From Candidatus Latescibacterota bacterium (GTDB taxonomy: Bacteria; Krumholzibacteriota; Krumholzibacteriia; WVZY01), in NCBI GenBank assembly GCA_963791045.1, contig CAWBQK010000004.1:96001-160000 (forward strand): a stretch of DNA of 64,000 nucleotides, written 5' to 3'. Positions 47,265 to 57,179 of this stretch are shown piece after piece. Every line of letters begins with the position of its first letter. The first letter of the stretch is position 1. The notes beneath the pieces were generated by a model, which did not search any database, was not told where the DNA came from, and was given only the letters and a program-made list of their open reading frames with translations. The position numbers and the translations under genes are program-made.

Positions 47265-47297
47265 ATTTCGAAGAGGTCGATCTTCACGACCGTCCGT

Positions 47298-48068
47298 CTA
47301 TCTTGCTCTGATATACTCGTATTGATCTTGCAACGTCTTTATTTGCCAGCCTCTGAACATGATATCAACCGGCGGGCGGATTATCTCGTCGACCGTGGTC
47401 ATAAATTCAGCGGCCGACTCGAGGCGTGTCTTGGGAACATAAACAATGTCATAATTTCTCAACCAGAAGTCGTTGCCCACGTTGTAACCGCTGGTGATTG
47501 CATCAAGATTGATTTCGATCCCGACGATCTTGTCGAGGCCCTCCCGCCTGATAATAACGACGTGCTTCGATTTCGCGCCTCGTTTGAACCCACCAGCCTC
47601 CGCAACCGCGTGCAACAGAGAAATCCTCGTCTCGTAGTCAAACCCGCCGGCCCGGTTCACCTGTCCAAGGACATAGACAATTTTATCGGCGGGGTCGGCC
47701 ACGATTACCGACAAATTTGGTTCACGCAGCACCTCGGAGAACTCGGCGGTCAGCGTGGAATCAAGCTGCATCGGGGTTAACCCCGCAGCCATAACGTCGC
47801 CGACATACGGCAACGTGATCCGGCCGTCCGAACGGACAAGAAGTCCGTTGGTCGTCAATTCGCGGTGGATAAAAAACACAACGTCGAGCTTGTCTCCAAC
47901 CGCAATGTAATACTCGTTTTCCTGCTCTGGAGCACTGGTGTCGACCAGGAACTCGCCGAGCTCTTTGTCTGTATATAAGTCGCCCCGAGGCTCCAGCTGC
48001 TCGTTGTTCGATGCGCAGCCCAACCCCACCGCGAGGACGATAACAAGCGTGATAAATATACGGCCCAT
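47298..48068 (-). CDS. wza: Wza-like polysaccharide export lipoprotein
   Basis: Lipobox GLGC; GDKLDV; VRSDGRITLPYVGDV.AAGLT; VLGQV; SLBB domain; DIVYVP. Confidence 0.88.
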   Translation of the reverse strand: MGRIFITLVIVLAVGLGCASNNEQLEPRGDLYTDKELGEFLVDTSAPEQENEYYIAVGDKLDVVFFIHRELTTNGLLVRSDGRITLPYVGDVMAAGLTPMQLDSTLTAEFSEVLREPNLSVIVADPADKIVYVLGQVNRAGGFDYETRISLLHAVAEAGGFKRGAKSKHVVIIRREGLDKIVGIEINLDAITSGYNVGNDFWLRNYDIVYVPKTRLESAAEFMTTVDEIIRPPVDIMFRGWQIKTLQDQYEYIRAR

Positions 48069-48228
48069 AACACCCTAGAAGATAATCAAAAACGTTAAAA
48101 AAATGAAGAGGTTACACAGCTTTCTACGTCACCCCCCGGCGGGGTGCTCCGAGAAATACCTCCGACCCACAACTGATTGATTTTGACTAAGTTATCAAGC
48201 GAGACTATAGCTGTCAAAAGGAAAAGAG

Positions 48229-48244
48229 GCAATTTGCATGCCAG
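48229..48244 (-). promoter_or_regulatory. Putative sigma-54 (-24/-12) promoter upstream of wza
   Basis: Minus strand CTGGCATGCAAATTGC = GG-N10-GC with TGGCA and TTGC. Confidence 0.55.
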
Positions 48245-48250
48245 CTCTAT

Positions 48251-48961
48251 TTAGTAGGCTCCTTTTCTCGCGATCACCGCGGGGATGGTTTTCAGGAAAA
48301 TGGCGAGGTCTGTACGGAAGCTACGGTGCTTGATGTACTCCATATCCAGCCGCATCCACTCGTTGAAACTTAGCTGGCTGCGCCCCGAAATCTGCCACAG
48401 GCAAGTAATTCCAGGTGTGACTTCGAGCCGTCGCAGGTGCCAAGGCTGGTAGTTTTCGACTTCGCTGGGCAGCGGCGGGCGCGGTCCCACGATACTCATA
48501 TCGCCGCGAACAACATTGAAGATCTGTGGTATCTCGTCGAGACTCGATCGCCTGAGGAATCTCCCCACACTGGTTATCCGAGGATCGGTCCGGACCTTAA
48601 AGATCGGCCCGTCCTTCTCGTTGAGCGACTCGATTTCGTCTTTTTGCCTGTCGGCGTCCTGCCGCATCGATCGGAACTTATAGAATTTGAATAGCTTCCC
48701 ATTCTTGCCAACACGGTCCTGTTTGAAGAACACGGGTCCCGGTGTATCCAACTTGATCATCACGGCGAGGACCGGAATGATTGGAATCAGCAGTATCAAC
48801 GCGGCAAACGACACTCCGACATCGAAAATCCGCTTGGCGAGAAGATACAAAAATGGCTCGCGCACTTCAAAATCCTGCCCCAGCGCCGCCTCGACTGCTC
48901 CGGACGATGCCTGGAAACTCCTGTGTTCAATCTCTTGCTGTGTACTCATAAGATCACTCAA
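48251..48961 (-). CDS. Sugar transferase (monotopic phosphoglycosyl transferase)
   Basis: KRIFD; KFRSM; DPRIT.VGRFLRRSSLDEIPQ; VGPRP; PGITC.WQ. Confidence 0.92.
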   Translation of the reverse strand: MSDLMSTQQEIEHRSFQASSGAVEAALGQDFEVREPFLYLLAKRIFDVGVSFAALILLIPIIPVLAVMIKLDTPGPVFFKQDRVGKNGKLFKFYKFRSMRQDADRQKDEIESLNEKDGPIFKVRTDPRITSVGRFLRRSSLDEIPQIFNVVRGDMSIVGPRPPLPSEVENYQPWHLRRLEVTPGITCLWQISGRSQLSFNEWMRLDMEYIKHRSFRTDLAIFLKTIPAVIARKGAY

Positions 48962-49194
48962 GCCGGTGTATATGATTTAATTGCAAATAGATCTCGTTAA
49001 ACAGCACACGAAAACCGCACCCAGAATGGAAAAGAATGCGGCCAAAAAAATACCCCAGAACCTCCTGTTGCGGTCTTCGACTAGAACCTGTCTCGACGCT
49101 TTCCACTAAAGCGCCGCGCTACGACAATTTGGCTCTCAGCAAACTCAAGACCTTAACAGTAATCTAGGGCATACCTCCGTTTAGTATCCCCCGT

Positions 49195-49223
49195 ATAGTA
49201 CCATTTCGAAGGGGTTTTGTCAA
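49195..49223 (-). promoter_or_regulatory. Sigma70-type promoter about 230 nt upstream of the sugar transferase
   Basis: TTGACA-17 nt-TACTAT with TG extension. Confidence 0.7.
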
Positions 49224-49256
49224 GCCGCACGGCGCCGCGCGAAACCTCCCAAGTGG

Positions 49257-50744
49257 TCACGTCGTGACGCTTTCCCCTGCTTCGTCGTCCCGTGACGAGG
49301 AGTTATATTCCCTGATACGTCGATCGAGGATCTTGCCCGCCGCCACTGTCAGTCCAAAGATCATCCAAACAATATATATATATACGAAATCAGTATGTCG
49401 CTGATGGTCCGTACGGAATTGCCCCACCAGGAACATCGCCAGGATGACGTGAATCGCGCCCATCCCAACACCCAGAAAAGTCTCCCGAGCCAGCGGATGG
49501 GAATACCGCATCGATATTCTGAATAACTTGTAAGCAATACCTATGAAAGCGCCAAGCCCCAACAGGCCCAGGGTATAGAAGTAGAAGAGATAGCCGTTGT
49601 GCGGCCAGAATGTGCGGACAAGCCCCTTCCCGGTTTGATAGTACGGACCGTGACCGATGAACACGTGATCGAAACAGGCTTTGAACACCTCCTCCCAGAT
49701 GCCTACCCGGCTATCGGGAACCATCCCCTCGAACTGCGTTCCCAAAATCCGGTCAGTTGCCGATGCCGCCAGGGTAAACTGATCCAGCGCGGTCTGTGTC
49801 ACGCCAAAAACAAGAACCACCGCGGCAATAATCATCACATAGCGGAACAAAGTCATATAATGCCGAAACACAAAGAGCGAGTAGGCGAACCCGAAAGCCA
49901 CGCTGACCACGGCGCCGCGGTTAGCCGTCGAGAGAAGAACGGCGAATGTCATGACACCCACGCCGGCCCAAAACAACTTCTCGATGATATTCCTGGATCG
50001 GATAAAATGTATTACCATTAACAGAAGCGAGAACGAAGAGTAGTCCGACAGAATGCTGTGTGAGCCGACCGCCCCTCCAACCCGGATGCCCTCGATGCGG
50101 TATCCGAGAGTTCCCTCCCCCAATCGGCTTTGAAACTCGATCCAACCGGGAATCAAGACGAGCCCGGGAAAAAACAACTCCATCAATCCCGTGAAAGCAA
50201 CAAACCCCCCGGATATCGCGACGACTTTGGTCGTGGCAGTGAACGTCTTTTCCGTGTCCACAAACATCACGATGAGATAGAAGAAAGATATGGCCGTCAA
50301 CTGCCGCCAGATAAGCTTGACGCCCTCGCTTATCCCGACATTTGTCTCGACGTTGAAGAGTGACAACACATAGGCAAGCAAAAATAGGGCGATCCACCTG
50401 TCCACGGAGGTTCTTTCGAAGAGCTTCTGCCCCGTGGCGCGCGAGCGGATGATCCACATGAGAGTGATGAGGGTCATCAGGATGATATTCGTGCTCGTCA
50501 GCACCAGTCCGCTCGGGAACGGGAACATCACGATAAAGAAATATATCGTGTAAATCATTTCGAACTTGAGGAGGGCGCCGATCACGACAAGGAGGAGAAC
50601 GGCCTTGATCATCCGGTGCTGCGGCCTGACGACCTGTTTGCTCAGGATATACGAGGACGCCATCATGACGACCGATATTGGAACGATCCGCCAGAACCAA
50701 CTGGACACAAACCGCCGCACGTTGTCAAACGTATCCAACCGCAA
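49257..50744 (-). CDS. O-antigen ligase / Wzy polymerase family membrane protein
   Basis: About 12 TMs; TANRG; SR..IW; IGHG; HNGYL. Confidence 0.8.
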   Translation of the reverse strand: MRLDTFDNVRRFVSSWFWRIVPISVVMMASSYILSKQVVRPQHRMIKAVLLLVVIGALLKFEMIYTIYFFIVMFPFPSGLVLTSTNIILMTLITLMWIIRSRATGQKLFERTSVDRWIALFLLAYVLSLFNVETNVGISEGVKLIWRQLTAISFFYLIVMFVDTEKTFTATTKVVAISGGFVAFTGLMELFFPGLVLIPGWIEFQSRLGEGTLGYRIEGIRVGGAVGSHSILSDYSSFSLLLMVIHFIRSRNIIEKLFWAGVGVMTFAVLLSTANRGAVVSVAFGFAYSLFVFRHYMTLFRYVMIIAAVVLVFGVTQTALDQFTLAASATDRILGTQFEGMVPDSRVGIWEEVFKACFDHVFIGHGPYYQTGKGLVRTFWPHNGYLFYFYTLGLLGLGAFIGIAYKLFRISMRYSHPLARETFLGVGMGAIHVILAMFLVGQFRTDHQRHTDFVYIYIVWMIFGLTVAAGKILDRRIREYNSSSRDDEAGESVTT

Positions 50745-50808
50745 CGCACGTTCCTTTCATCCGAGCCGTCGAGATACTCAACCGATGAGTTCCCGTCCAG
50801 CAGGCCCG

Positions 50809-52731
50809 TCAAATGTAGCCGAGCGCCTTAAGCGCCCGAATCGTATCTTCGTCCGCCTCCGCCTCCATCGCCTTGCGGAGTTCCTTGGCTTTTTTGAGGT
50901 ATTCGAACAAACGTGCGTGCATCCTCTCGTATTCATCGGGGTGAGTCTTTGAGAGATCTCTTGTTTCGCGGGGCGTTTCATCGATGTCAAAAAGGAGAAA
51001 GGAGTCGGTCGTGTCGACACGCATGATCTTCCAGTTCCCGACGCTCAAAGCCGTGCAGAAATCGCCTTCGGATATCGACTCAACTTCGATACTCGTGATC
51101 TCTCCATCGAGAAGAGGCACCAGCGAGCGACCCTCTGCTTCCGCAGGGATATCGGCGCCCGCGAGATCGCCGAGCGTTGGAAGCACATCGACATGACGGA
51201 CCAGGCAATCCACACGGTTCCCACGCTGGAAACTTTTGGACGACCAGAATATCAACGGCACATGTATGAGCTCCTCGATAACCAGGTTGTTGTGGTAGAG
51301 CGAACCGTGCTCCATAAACTCGTCCCCGTGATCGGCGGTAATCACGACTATGGTCTCTCTGTCCCCGCTTGCCACAACAACGCGTTCGATCAGCCGGCCG
51401 ATTTCATCGTCTGCGATCCGTATCGTGCCGTCGTAATAATCCACCAGTTTTTCGAGTTCGATGTCCTTGAGTTCATCGAGCCTGTCGCTCCTGAGAAGCT
51501 GCGTCGTCGTCTTGAAAAGACCCATCGGAGTGGGCACGTCGCCCGTCTTTCCATATAACGTGTCGTAAGGAGGAGGAGGCGCGTACGGATGATGGGTGTC
51601 CATGTAATGCACGTACATAAAAAACGGCCTGTCCTCGAGCCGATCCAGCCACTGAAGGGCGACATCGGTCACCTCGTCGGCGTCGGGGTGCACGTTGACC
51701 GCAAACCGAGGTCTCTCGATGATTCCCGAATGCCGGAGGAATTTGTACAACCCCAGGTTGTAGCGCTCGGCGTAAAACTCTTCGAGACGATCGAACCCCT
51801 GAGTAAGATTGAATTTTGTTTTGAGATAGACATTATTCATGAGCCCGACGGTCGTGTAGCCCTTTGACGAGAACATTTCGGCTATCGTCGTGTGATCGTG
51901 CGGAAGTGGCCGCATGAGTTTACCGCGACCGATTGCCCCGTGGAAGGACGGGTACAGGGACGTAAAAAGCGCCGGCATCGCAATGATCGTCCGGTTTCCC
52001 TGTGAATGCGCGTTCGAGAACATCACTCCTTCGCGCGCCAGGCGATCTATGTTCGGCGAGGTTTCGCGGCCGTAACCGTATATCGACAAATGATCCGCTC
52101 TCAAAGCGTCAAGAACGATCATCACAACGTTCGGGCCATCCAGACCAGCCGCCGCCGCTTTTTCCGCTGGCAAATGCGACTCGGCGCGCCCCGCCGCAAA
52201 ATGTGCAGCGGCGAAGAGAATAATCCCTCCAACAGCGATTCCGGCACCGAGCCTGCCGCCAATTCGCGAGAACAAATTTCGTTTCCGGAGGGAACGGGCA
52301 AAAATAAACGCCGCAAACAAGAGCACAACCAGCAGCGCAATAAACATCACACCCTGCATTGACATCGGCGTCGACCGGAGCCGGCTCATCGAATAGTTGC
52401 GGATCGTGTACAAGACTACGACCGCAAAAATCGCACCCGCCGCGTAAAACGGAACGTACAAATCCGGATTGTCGAACCGGCGCAATAACGAGCTAAATAT
52501 CCCGAATATCAACCCCGCAACAAATCCCGTGATAACGCCAAACAGCAGATATATTTCGAGCAGTCCCGGGAGGGACATACCGAGATATTCCCACCGCCCG
52601 GAAAAGCCGAGAAACGGTTCGATGATGAAATACGCAAACCCCATCAACAATCCAAAGATCATCCCGGCAAGCGCGTGTCCTGCAAATACCCGTGACACAG
52701 GCCGGGAACCGGTCGTCGTCATACCCATCAC
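50809..52731 (-). CDS. Membrane-anchored sulfatase-like (AlkP superfamily) protein
   Basis: Five N-terminal TMs; NVVMIVLDALRADH; HYMDTHHPY; TADHG; HVPL; C-terminal LKALGY; lacks the C/SxPxR motif. Confidence 0.85.
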   Translation of the reverse strand: MMGMTTTGSRPVSRVFAGHALAGMIFGLLMGFAYFIIEPFLGFSGRWEYLGMSLPGLLEIYLLFGVITGFVAGLIFGIFSSLLRRFDNPDLYVPFYAAGAIFAVVVLYTIRNYSMSRLRSTPMSMQGVMFIALLVVLLFAAFIFARSLRKRNLFSRIGGRLGAGIAVGGIILFAAAHFAAGRAESHLPAEKAAAAGLDGPNVVMIVLDALRADHLSIYGYGRETSPNIDRLAREGVMFSNAHSQGNRTIIAMPALFTSLYPSFHGAIGRGKLMRPLPHDHTTIAEMFSSKGYTTVGLMNNVYLKTKFNLTQGFDRLEEFYAERYNLGLYKFLRHSGIIERPRFAVNVHPDADEVTDVALQWLDRLEDRPFFMYVHYMDTHHPYAPPPPYDTLYGKTGDVPTPMGLFKTTTQLLRSDRLDELKDIELEKLVDYYDGTIRIADDEIGRLIERVVVASGDRETIVVITADHGDEFMEHGSLYHNNLVIEELIHVPLIFWSSKSFQRGNRVDCLVRHVDVLPTLGDLAGADIPAEAEGRSLVPLLDGEITSIEVESISEGDFCTALSVGNWKIMRVDTTDSFLLFDIDETPRETRDLSKTHPDEYERMHARLFEYLKKAKELRKAMEAEADEDTIRALKALGYI

Positions 52732-53666
52732 TCCTCGTTTAACAATGTGTAAAGCAACGGAAGCATTATCTCATGATGACCGTGAAATGCGTAACTCTTG
52801 CCCGCCCCCTTGAACGGCCTTGTCAGAACGTTTTCTTTCACCCTGTATTGGGGGATCATATCGAAATTCGCCGCAGTCACACCGGCGGGCTTGCGTCCAA
52901 GGTTGTAGCCGACCGACACCGCCTTGAGAAACACCTCTGGCAGCACGACGGCGGAACCAAAAACGAGGACAACGCCGTTGTCGAAGAGCTTCCCGACCGC
53001 GGCGCTCAAAATTCGAAAGTCCCGCATCGAGAGCTCGCCCACCTTCGCGGCGGGAAACCCGGGGTGCTGGTGTGTTATATCGGTTCCGAGCGCAACATGG
53101 ACGGTGGCGGGCACGTTGTTCCGTGCGGCCGCAGCGAACACGCTGTATTCCTCGTGCGCCGCCTTGCTCTCGACGATATAATCACCGATCGACTCACCCA
53201 GACCCAAACCGTTCTCGCTCCCATGTTCGCACGCCGCCTCGAAATGGGCCGCCGTCTCCCGTGACATCCCGAACCGCCCGGCGGGCAATTCAACGGCCAC
53301 GTCTTCCGACGTCTTGCCATAGAACGCCAGTTCCAGATCATGAACGGTCGCGGATCCGGTCGTCGCCAACGCGGTGACATACCCGCGTTCAATAAGCGAT
53401 TTCATATACAACGACAAACCGCATTTAATAACGTGCGCACCGATCAACCATACGATCTGTTTCTTGGCGTTGCGCGCCCGTCGCATCGCGTCGACCACAT
53501 TCTTGATGTCCGCGCCTTTCAAGACCGACGGAAACATATCGATCAAACCGTCCGCGTCCGCACGTTCGGGGTCAACAAAACTATCGATGTGAACTTTCGA
53601 CTCCCGTCCTTCAATGGGTACGGGCTTGATTCTTCTCAGGTCATCTTCATCGTATCTAGTCGCCAT
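52728..53666 (-). CDS. Conserved hypothetical protein with deoxyhypusine-synthase-like fold
   Basis: GAHVIKCGL; HDLELA..G.TSEDV; GTDI.H.H; GSAVVLPEVFLKA; GHHE. Confidence 0.6.
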   Translation of the reverse strand: MATRYDEDDLRRIKPVPIEGRESKVHIDSFVDPERADADGLIDMFPSVLKGADIKNVVDAMRRARNAKKQIVWLIGAHVIKCGLSLYMKSLIERGYVTALATTGSATVHDLELAFYGKTSEDVAVELPAGRFGMSRETAAHFEAACEHGSENGLGLGESIGDYIVESKAAHEEYSVFAAAARNNVPATVHVALGTDITHQHPGFPAAKVGELSMRDFRILSAAVGKLFDNGVVLVFGSAVVLPEVFLKAVSVGYNLGRKPAGVTAANFDMIPQYRVKENVLTRPFKGAGKSYAFHGHHEIMLPLLYTLLNEE

Positions 53667-54594
53667 TTCTGTACCTGTCCGCTAGTTTGAATTCTTTCAA
53701 AACCGCCGACACTTCACCGATAATCACTTTGCTCTTTACGAGCACGGGAATCTTATAACGGTCGTCCGTTACCCAGATTTTCACACGGCCCTTTTGCTGG
53801 AATATTCCCGGATATCTAAGAAACGGTTCGACCACAAGGCAATCAAACGTTCCCGCCTCGACGGTGACGCGTTCTTTTCCGAGTACTTTTACAACGAGGG
53901 GGTAGTTCTTGCCGTCCGTGTTGTTCGCGATAGCGACCGTATGGCCGACACCCAGAGGCAGCGTCCGGACGTAATACATCGACGACAATACATCCTGGGT
54001 TCGCGGTGGTATGGGGATCTCCTTGTCTTCGTAGTAGGCGACGTGTTTCTTTTGATCGAACAGGACCTTGCGGTCATTCTTGTATTTGCCTTCGCGTAAA
54101 TGTTTTTCATAACGGAGACTGACAAGTTCCGTAGTGTCCATCAAAGACACGTAACGGTCACGCACCTTGTAGAACACGGAGAACACGTCATTGGTTCGCG
54201 CGTTCGACACGATGTAGTAACACGGTGTGCTGTCGATCACGGCAATATTTCGCACCTCGAGGGTCGCTTCCCCGGCGTTGATGATCCCGTACTGAACCGC
54301 GTAAACAAGCTTTTCACCGACGCCAAAACCGACAAACACGGGGAGAAGACTGTCGACCCCCGCGGCGGCAACATCGACGAGCTCGGGAAGCGAGTCCCCC
54401 GGTGACCACGATGTATCCGCGCTCTCGATCGCCTGCCGTATAGCGAGCGAATCCGCCCGCGATTGCGCCGACGGTGATTCGGGCAACAGAGCCAGTCCGG
54501 CAAAAAGACAGATCGTTATCGCAAGAGCAATATGGATCGCGCGGCTGTTGGAACACCAACCCATGTATTTCTCCAATTTCCGCGGGCTATTCAT
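53656..54594 (-). CDS. DUF3108 family exported protein
   Basis: Signal peptide; GEKLVY; YKVRD; QDVLS..YY.R; V.AGTFDC; IWVTDD..KIPV. Confidence 0.8.
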   Translation of the reverse strand: MNSPRKLEKYMGWCSNSRAIHIALAITICLFAGLALLPESPSAQSRADSLAIRQAIESADTSWSPGDSLPELVDVAAAGVDSLLPVFVGFGVGEKLVYAVQYGIINAGEATLEVRNIAVIDSTPCYYIVSNARTNDVFSVFYKVRDRYVSLMDTTELVSLRYEKHLREGKYKNDRKVLFDQKKHVAYYEDKEIPIPPRTQDVLSSMYYVRTLPLGVGHTVAIANNTDGKNYPLVVKVLGKERVTVEAGTFDCLVVEPFLRYPGIFQQKGRVKIWVTDDRYKIPVLVKSKVIIGEVSAVLKEFKLADRYRNGD

Positions 54595-54640
54595 CGCCCA
54601 CTGTTCCTTTCCAAAACGGTCCCGCCGATGCTGGGCCGCG

Positions 54641-55777
54641 TCACACAATCTTTTCCGCGGGCGCGAGCACACGTTTGTACGCAGCGAGTGTCTTGTCGAC
54701 CATCGTCTCGTACCCGTACGAATCGGACTTTTCTTTTGCCCGGCGCGCGCACCCGGTTTTCAGATCTTCATCACCAACCATACGGACAATCGCCGCGGCC
54801 AACGCCGCAGGATTACGCGGAGGTGCGAGCAAACCGGTCTCTCCATCCGTCACCAGGTCCGGAACTCCACCCGTCCTCGTCGCAACCACCGGAACACCCA
54901 TAGCCTGGGCGTCCATTATTGACGTGCACAACCCTTCAAGATATGAAGAGAGCACAAAACAATCGAAACGGGAAAGAACCTCCAGCACATCCTTGCGAAA
55001 ACCGGTGAGCGTGACGATATCCGCCAGACCTTTTTCGGCGATCAACCTCTCGAGTTCAGGCCTAAGTTCGCCTTCACCGACAATGAGGAATCTCGCGTTT
55101 GGAATCTCACGACGCACCAGGTCGGCAGCGCGCACAAAATCGGATTGGGATTTGTGCGGCGCCAACGCCGCCACGTTGCCGATAACTATGGAATCGGGGT
55201 TGAGCCCGAGTTCCGCGTCGAGATATCCGTTGTCTCCGACGTTATTGAATTTCTCGAGGTCGATCCCGCTGGGAACCAGGTCGATCTTGTCCTCGCCGAC
55301 GCCACAATCAACAAGTACGTCGCGCACACCGTTTGAGATCGCCAGAAACAGGTCGACGCCGTGGCGGTACTTCAATGCGCCGAGTCCGAAGCGGCCAACG
55401 GGAAAATCAACACGGCGGCTCACCACCAACCGGGGCTTGCGCTCGCCTCCCCATCCAGGAGCGCCCACGGCCAATCGCGCCACGCCGTGAGCATGCGACG
55501 AATGGCAATGAATGATGTCATACGAGCCCGCTTCGATGTATTTGCGAAGCGTCCACGCGGCGCTCAGATCGAGTCCTCCGGCAATGCCAAGAGGCAAGCA
55601 CGGGACTCCGAGTTGTTCGGCTTTTGACTGGATGGCCGAATCGGGCGGCGAGGCGAGCTCCACACCTGTACCGCGTCGAACCAGGCCCTTCATCAAAAGG
55701 AAGACCTGACCCTCACCGCCACGCCACGTCGCCTCAGAGTCGACCATGAGTGCTTTTATGTCTTTGTCTTCGATCAT
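54641..55777 (-). CDS. GT4 glycosyltransferase
   Basis: WRGGEGQ; HSSHAH; SRRVDF; EGLCTSIMDA; start could be 55816. Confidence 0.9.
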   Translation of the reverse strand: MIEDKDIKALMVDSEATWRGGEGQVFLLMKGLVRRGTGVELASPPDSAIQSKAEQLGVPCLPLGIAGGLDLSAAWTLRKYIEAGSYDIIHCHSSHAHGVARLAVGAPGWGGERKPRLVVSRRVDFPVGRFGLGALKYRHGVDLFLAISNGVRDVLVDCGVGEDKIDLVPSGIDLEKFNNVGDNGYLDAELGLNPDSIVIGNVAALAPHKSQSDFVRAADLVRREIPNARFLIVGEGELRPELERLIAEKGLADIVTLTGFRKDVLEVLSRFDCFVLSSYLEGLCTSIMDAQAMGVPVVATRTGGVPDLVTDGETGLLAPPRNPAALAAAIVRMVGDEDLKTGCARRAKEKSDSYGYETMVDKTLAAYKRVLAPAEKIV

Positions 55778-55924
55778 TAAAAAACGGTCCTTTCGGACCC
55801 CGGCATAATACTCCATATCGGCCCGGCCGCCAACTTCAGGTCGACGAGACCCACCCACACCCCTTCAACCTTTTTACACCCGGCGGCAGGAGAGAGAGCC
55901 TTCAATTCGGAGAATAGTATGTAA

Positions 55925-55940
55925 GCTATTATCATGCCAC
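55925..55940 (-). promoter_or_regulatory. Putative sigma-54 (-24/-12) promoter upstream of the GT4 operon
   Basis: Minus strand GTGGCATGATAATAGC = GG-N10-GC; overlaps a TGATAAT that could instead be a sigma70 -10. Confidence 0.4.
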
Positions 55941-56129
55941 GCGGTTACACCAATTACGACCACCGGGGTCAAATCGAAAATTCTCCGGTCCGCCGGGGTC
56001 AATATTCTACATAACACATTACAATACAAGAAGATAATGGACATTCTGGCAAAATTCGAGTTTTGAAGAGGATCCGGACATCCAAGCCACGGGATCCGGC
56101 TCCAATTCAATGGGGTGGCCCGGGATTGA

Positions 56130-57179
56130 TCAGTCGACCGGCAATACTTCCAAAACATCCCCCGGCGATATTTGGGTCATACAGTGAACATCCTTGGGGC
56201 ATTCGAAGAGCCGGCACGGTGAGCACTGCGGCGCCGGATAGAGATAAGGGTGGCTCTCGCCACCCATATGCCATTCGTGCGGGCTCGTCGGACCAAAAAG
56301 AGTGACGGTGGGAACACCCGTCGCGACGGCCAGATGCTTCATCCCTGAATCGATGGTGATGATCGACCGGAGGTTCCTGAGAACACCGGGAACATCCTCA
56401 AGAGGAAGCTCCGGACCCATAAAAACGCGCTCGCCCGCCGCCGATACGATTTCCCCCGCGACATCGCTTTCGCCCGGCCCCCAAAGCACGACCACATCGT
56501 TTCCCTGTTTGACGAGCAACCTGGCGAGATCCACAAAATTCGCACGCGGCCAGGCTTTGGCGGGATAGGGATTCCCGGGGTTGAGCGCCACGACGCGACG
56601 GGTATCCTCGAGTCCGGACGCCAGGAGTTTCGCGCGCCCATCCTCCACGGCGCCATCCGGCACCGGGATAGTATTATCCGCGGTCCCCACCACCTCCGGA
56701 AAACCGGCCCGCCGTATCAGGGCCAGGGCCGACTCGTGCGAGTTCCTTGCATAGATGTTCTTTCCCTCGAAAATCGCCCGCGGCTCGACATCCGTGTAGA
56801 GGGCCTTTCGAACGCGAACATCAAAGCCAACTCTCACCGGCGCGCCCGAAAGAAACGTGAGCACCGCGCTTCGCGTGTTGGAATGAAAGTCGAGCGCGCA
56901 CACAAGATTCAGTTCTCTCAGATAATCGACATACTCCGCGTACTCGCCCCCCCCTGTCGACATTTTGAATGACGGTGGTTGCGGGAGAAGCGTATCGATA
57001 TAGTCCACGTTTTTGAGTAGCGCATGGTAACCGCGATCGACGACAAACACGATGTTGTGGTTGGGTGCGGCACGTTTGAGCGCGCGAAGCCCGCCGAGCG
57101 TCGCAATCACATCTCCCAACAACCGCAAACGTATCGCGAGTATTGTCGATGTATTCATCGGATCGTGTTCTCGAATCAT
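56130..57179 (-). CDS. GT9 heptosyltransferase-like
   Basis: RLRLLGDV; KAWP; DSGMKHLA.A.G.PTVTLFGPT; CSPC. Confidence 0.88.
   Translation of the reverse strand: MIREHDPMNTSTILAIRLRLLGDVIATLGGLRALKRAAPNHNIVFVVDRGYHALLKNVDYIDTLLPQPPSFKMSTGGGEYAEYVDYLRELNLVCALDFHSNTRSAVLTFLSGAPVRVGFDVRVRKALYTDVEPRAIFEGKNIYARNSHESALALIRRAGFPEVVGTADNTIPVPDGAVEDGRAKLLASGLEDTRRVVALNPGNPYPAKAWPRANFVDLARLLVKQGNDVVVLWGPGESDVAGEIVSAAGERVFMGPELPLEDVPGVLRNLRSIITIDSGMKHLAVATGVPTVTLFGPTSPHEWHMGGESHPYLYPAPQCSPCRLFECPKDVHCMTQISPGDVLEVLPVD

Noticed and set aside
49164-49172. ATG-CCC-TAG right after GGAGGT, as a possible leader peptide or TAG readthrough
   Set aside because: No spacing between RBS and ATG, a second TAG follows in frame, and TAG is a normal stop for many genes here
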